Of a stretch of DNA of 64,000 nt, positions 63,457 through 64,000 are shown in pieces. A model generated the notes under the pieces. The model did no database searches. It saw nothing but the letters and a program-made list of their open reading frames with translations, and was not told where the DNA came from. Origin of the DNA: an uncultured Acidimicrobiia bacterium (lineage in GTDB: Bacteria; Actinomycetota; Acidimicrobiia; IMCC26256; JAENVU01); contig CAWKBF010000001.1 in the NCBI GenBank assembly GCA_963847815.1, positions 213,202-277,201 of the forward strand, in the 5' to 3' direction. Within the stretch, counting starts at the first letter, position 1. The number at the start of each line of letters is the position of its first letter. The position numbers were made by a program, and so were the translations under genes.

Positions 63457-64000
63457 CTACCAGTGGCGGAAGTCGTGCCACCCGTGGTTGCGTTCGCCGC
63501 GGCCACCCCAGTAGTGGTCACCGTCACGCGAGTGGTCGCGGTCGTGACCACCCGGGCCGGGACCACCCCCGCCGTGACCATCCCAACCGTGGCCGTCCGA
63601 TCCGTGGTGATCCCAGTCGTGGTGATCGTCGTGGCGCGGCGGAACGATGGCAGTGCGGCGCCCGGTCGCGAAGTCCAGGTTGATGCCACTCTCGCGGTCC
63701 GCGATCTTCACGACCTGCGAGTCGAACGGCGTCTGGCTCCACGGGTTGTCGTAGCGGGGGTAGCCGTCGATCGGTTCGGCCGCACCCTTGACGGTGAGCG
63801 CAGCAGTGGTCCCGAACGTCAACGGGCCTTCGGTGGGGGAGTCCCAGGCGACGTCGAAGCCGCCCGCCAACCCGGTCGGGGTGACCGGGCGGGGCGTCAC
63901 CTGCACCGCGCGACCCAGCACCGCGTCGCGGAACGCGCTGAAGGACCCGAACTTCGCGGAGTCGCCGACCTGGGTGATCCAGGTGTTGTCCGGGCCGCCG
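63457..64000 (-). CDS. protein with His/Asp/Gly/Trp-rich C-terminal tail (5' part outside window)
   Basis: ORF 63457..63921; the frame stays open to the window edge (..DNTWITQVGDSAKFGSFSAFRDAVLGRAVQV..). The globular part is ...FGTTAALTVKGAAEPIDGYPRYDNPWSQTPFDSQVVKIADRESGINLDF, followed by the tail RHDDHHDWDHHGSDGHGWDGHGGGGPGPGGHDRDHSRDGDHYWGGRGERNHGWHDFRHW*. Confidence 0.6.
   Translation of the reverse strand, partial: GGPDNTWITQVGDSAKFGSFSAFRDAVLGRAVQVTPRPVTPTGLAGGFDVAWDSPTEGPLTFGTTAALTVKGAAEPIDGYPRYDNPWSQTPFDSQVVKIADRESGINLDFATGRRTAIVPPRHDDHHDWDHHGSDGHGWDGHGGGGPGPGGHDRDHSRDGDHYWGGRGERNHGWHDFRHW

Overview
This is a very GC-rich, densely coding chromosomal segment with clear Actinomycetota signatures: CtaF, di-haem QcrC, WhiB, DinB, Ddn-type enzymes, a HelZ/SWIM pair and a DUF222-HNH protein. 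I recognised no rRNA, tRNA, CRISPR array, transposase or integrase.

Gene content, in order:
- The aa3 oxidase / bc1 locus: ctaC-ctaD-ctaF convergent with ctaE-qcrC-qcrA-qcrB, plus a CtaG-type assembly factor.
- USP, GH15 hydrolase, SDR, an orphan ParA-like ATPase, a GAF-EAL-GAF protein, a cupin, and Zur with ZnuABC.
- DJ-1, an acyl-CoA thioesterase/CoA-transferase pair, and PhyH.
- A FemAB-like acyltransferase / flippase / APH-kinase / WhiB cluster, then FKBP.
- A ~1060-aa lipoprotein (beta-propeller + Ig-like repeats + L-type lectin).
- Hemerythrin, tandem PNPOx, a GAF-wHTH regulator, Ldh and LhgO.
- A 770-aa three-module membrane protein.
- Two aldo/keto reductases, two Ddn-like nitroreductases, a DUF1524 nuclease and pirin.
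- ABC-F, M28 peptidase and an esterase.
- SNF2 (HelZ-type) helicase + SWIM protein, and a CrtA-like protein.
- A tightly overlapped MFS-Ddn-YqeY-DUF4097-adenylate cyclase-propeller string.
- GNAT, NTF2, SHOCT, dodecin, 7Fe ferredoxin, NDH-2, DinB, DUF1353, PAP2, SnoaL, DUF222-HNH, a PDZ protein and a protein with a His-rich tail.

The dominant property of the raw sequence is that most longer genes can only be read by hopping between reading frames. The damage is indel-only and very unevenly distributed, and it is most likely consensus or assembly error. Coordinates therefore span joined fragments, and several gene ends are approximate.

No novel system is proven. The best candidates are the translationally coupled DUF4097 / sensor-less cyclase / propeller trio, the three-module membrane protein, the FemAB-flippase-kinase cluster, the lectin lipoprotein, and a small family of conserved palindromic intergenic elements.
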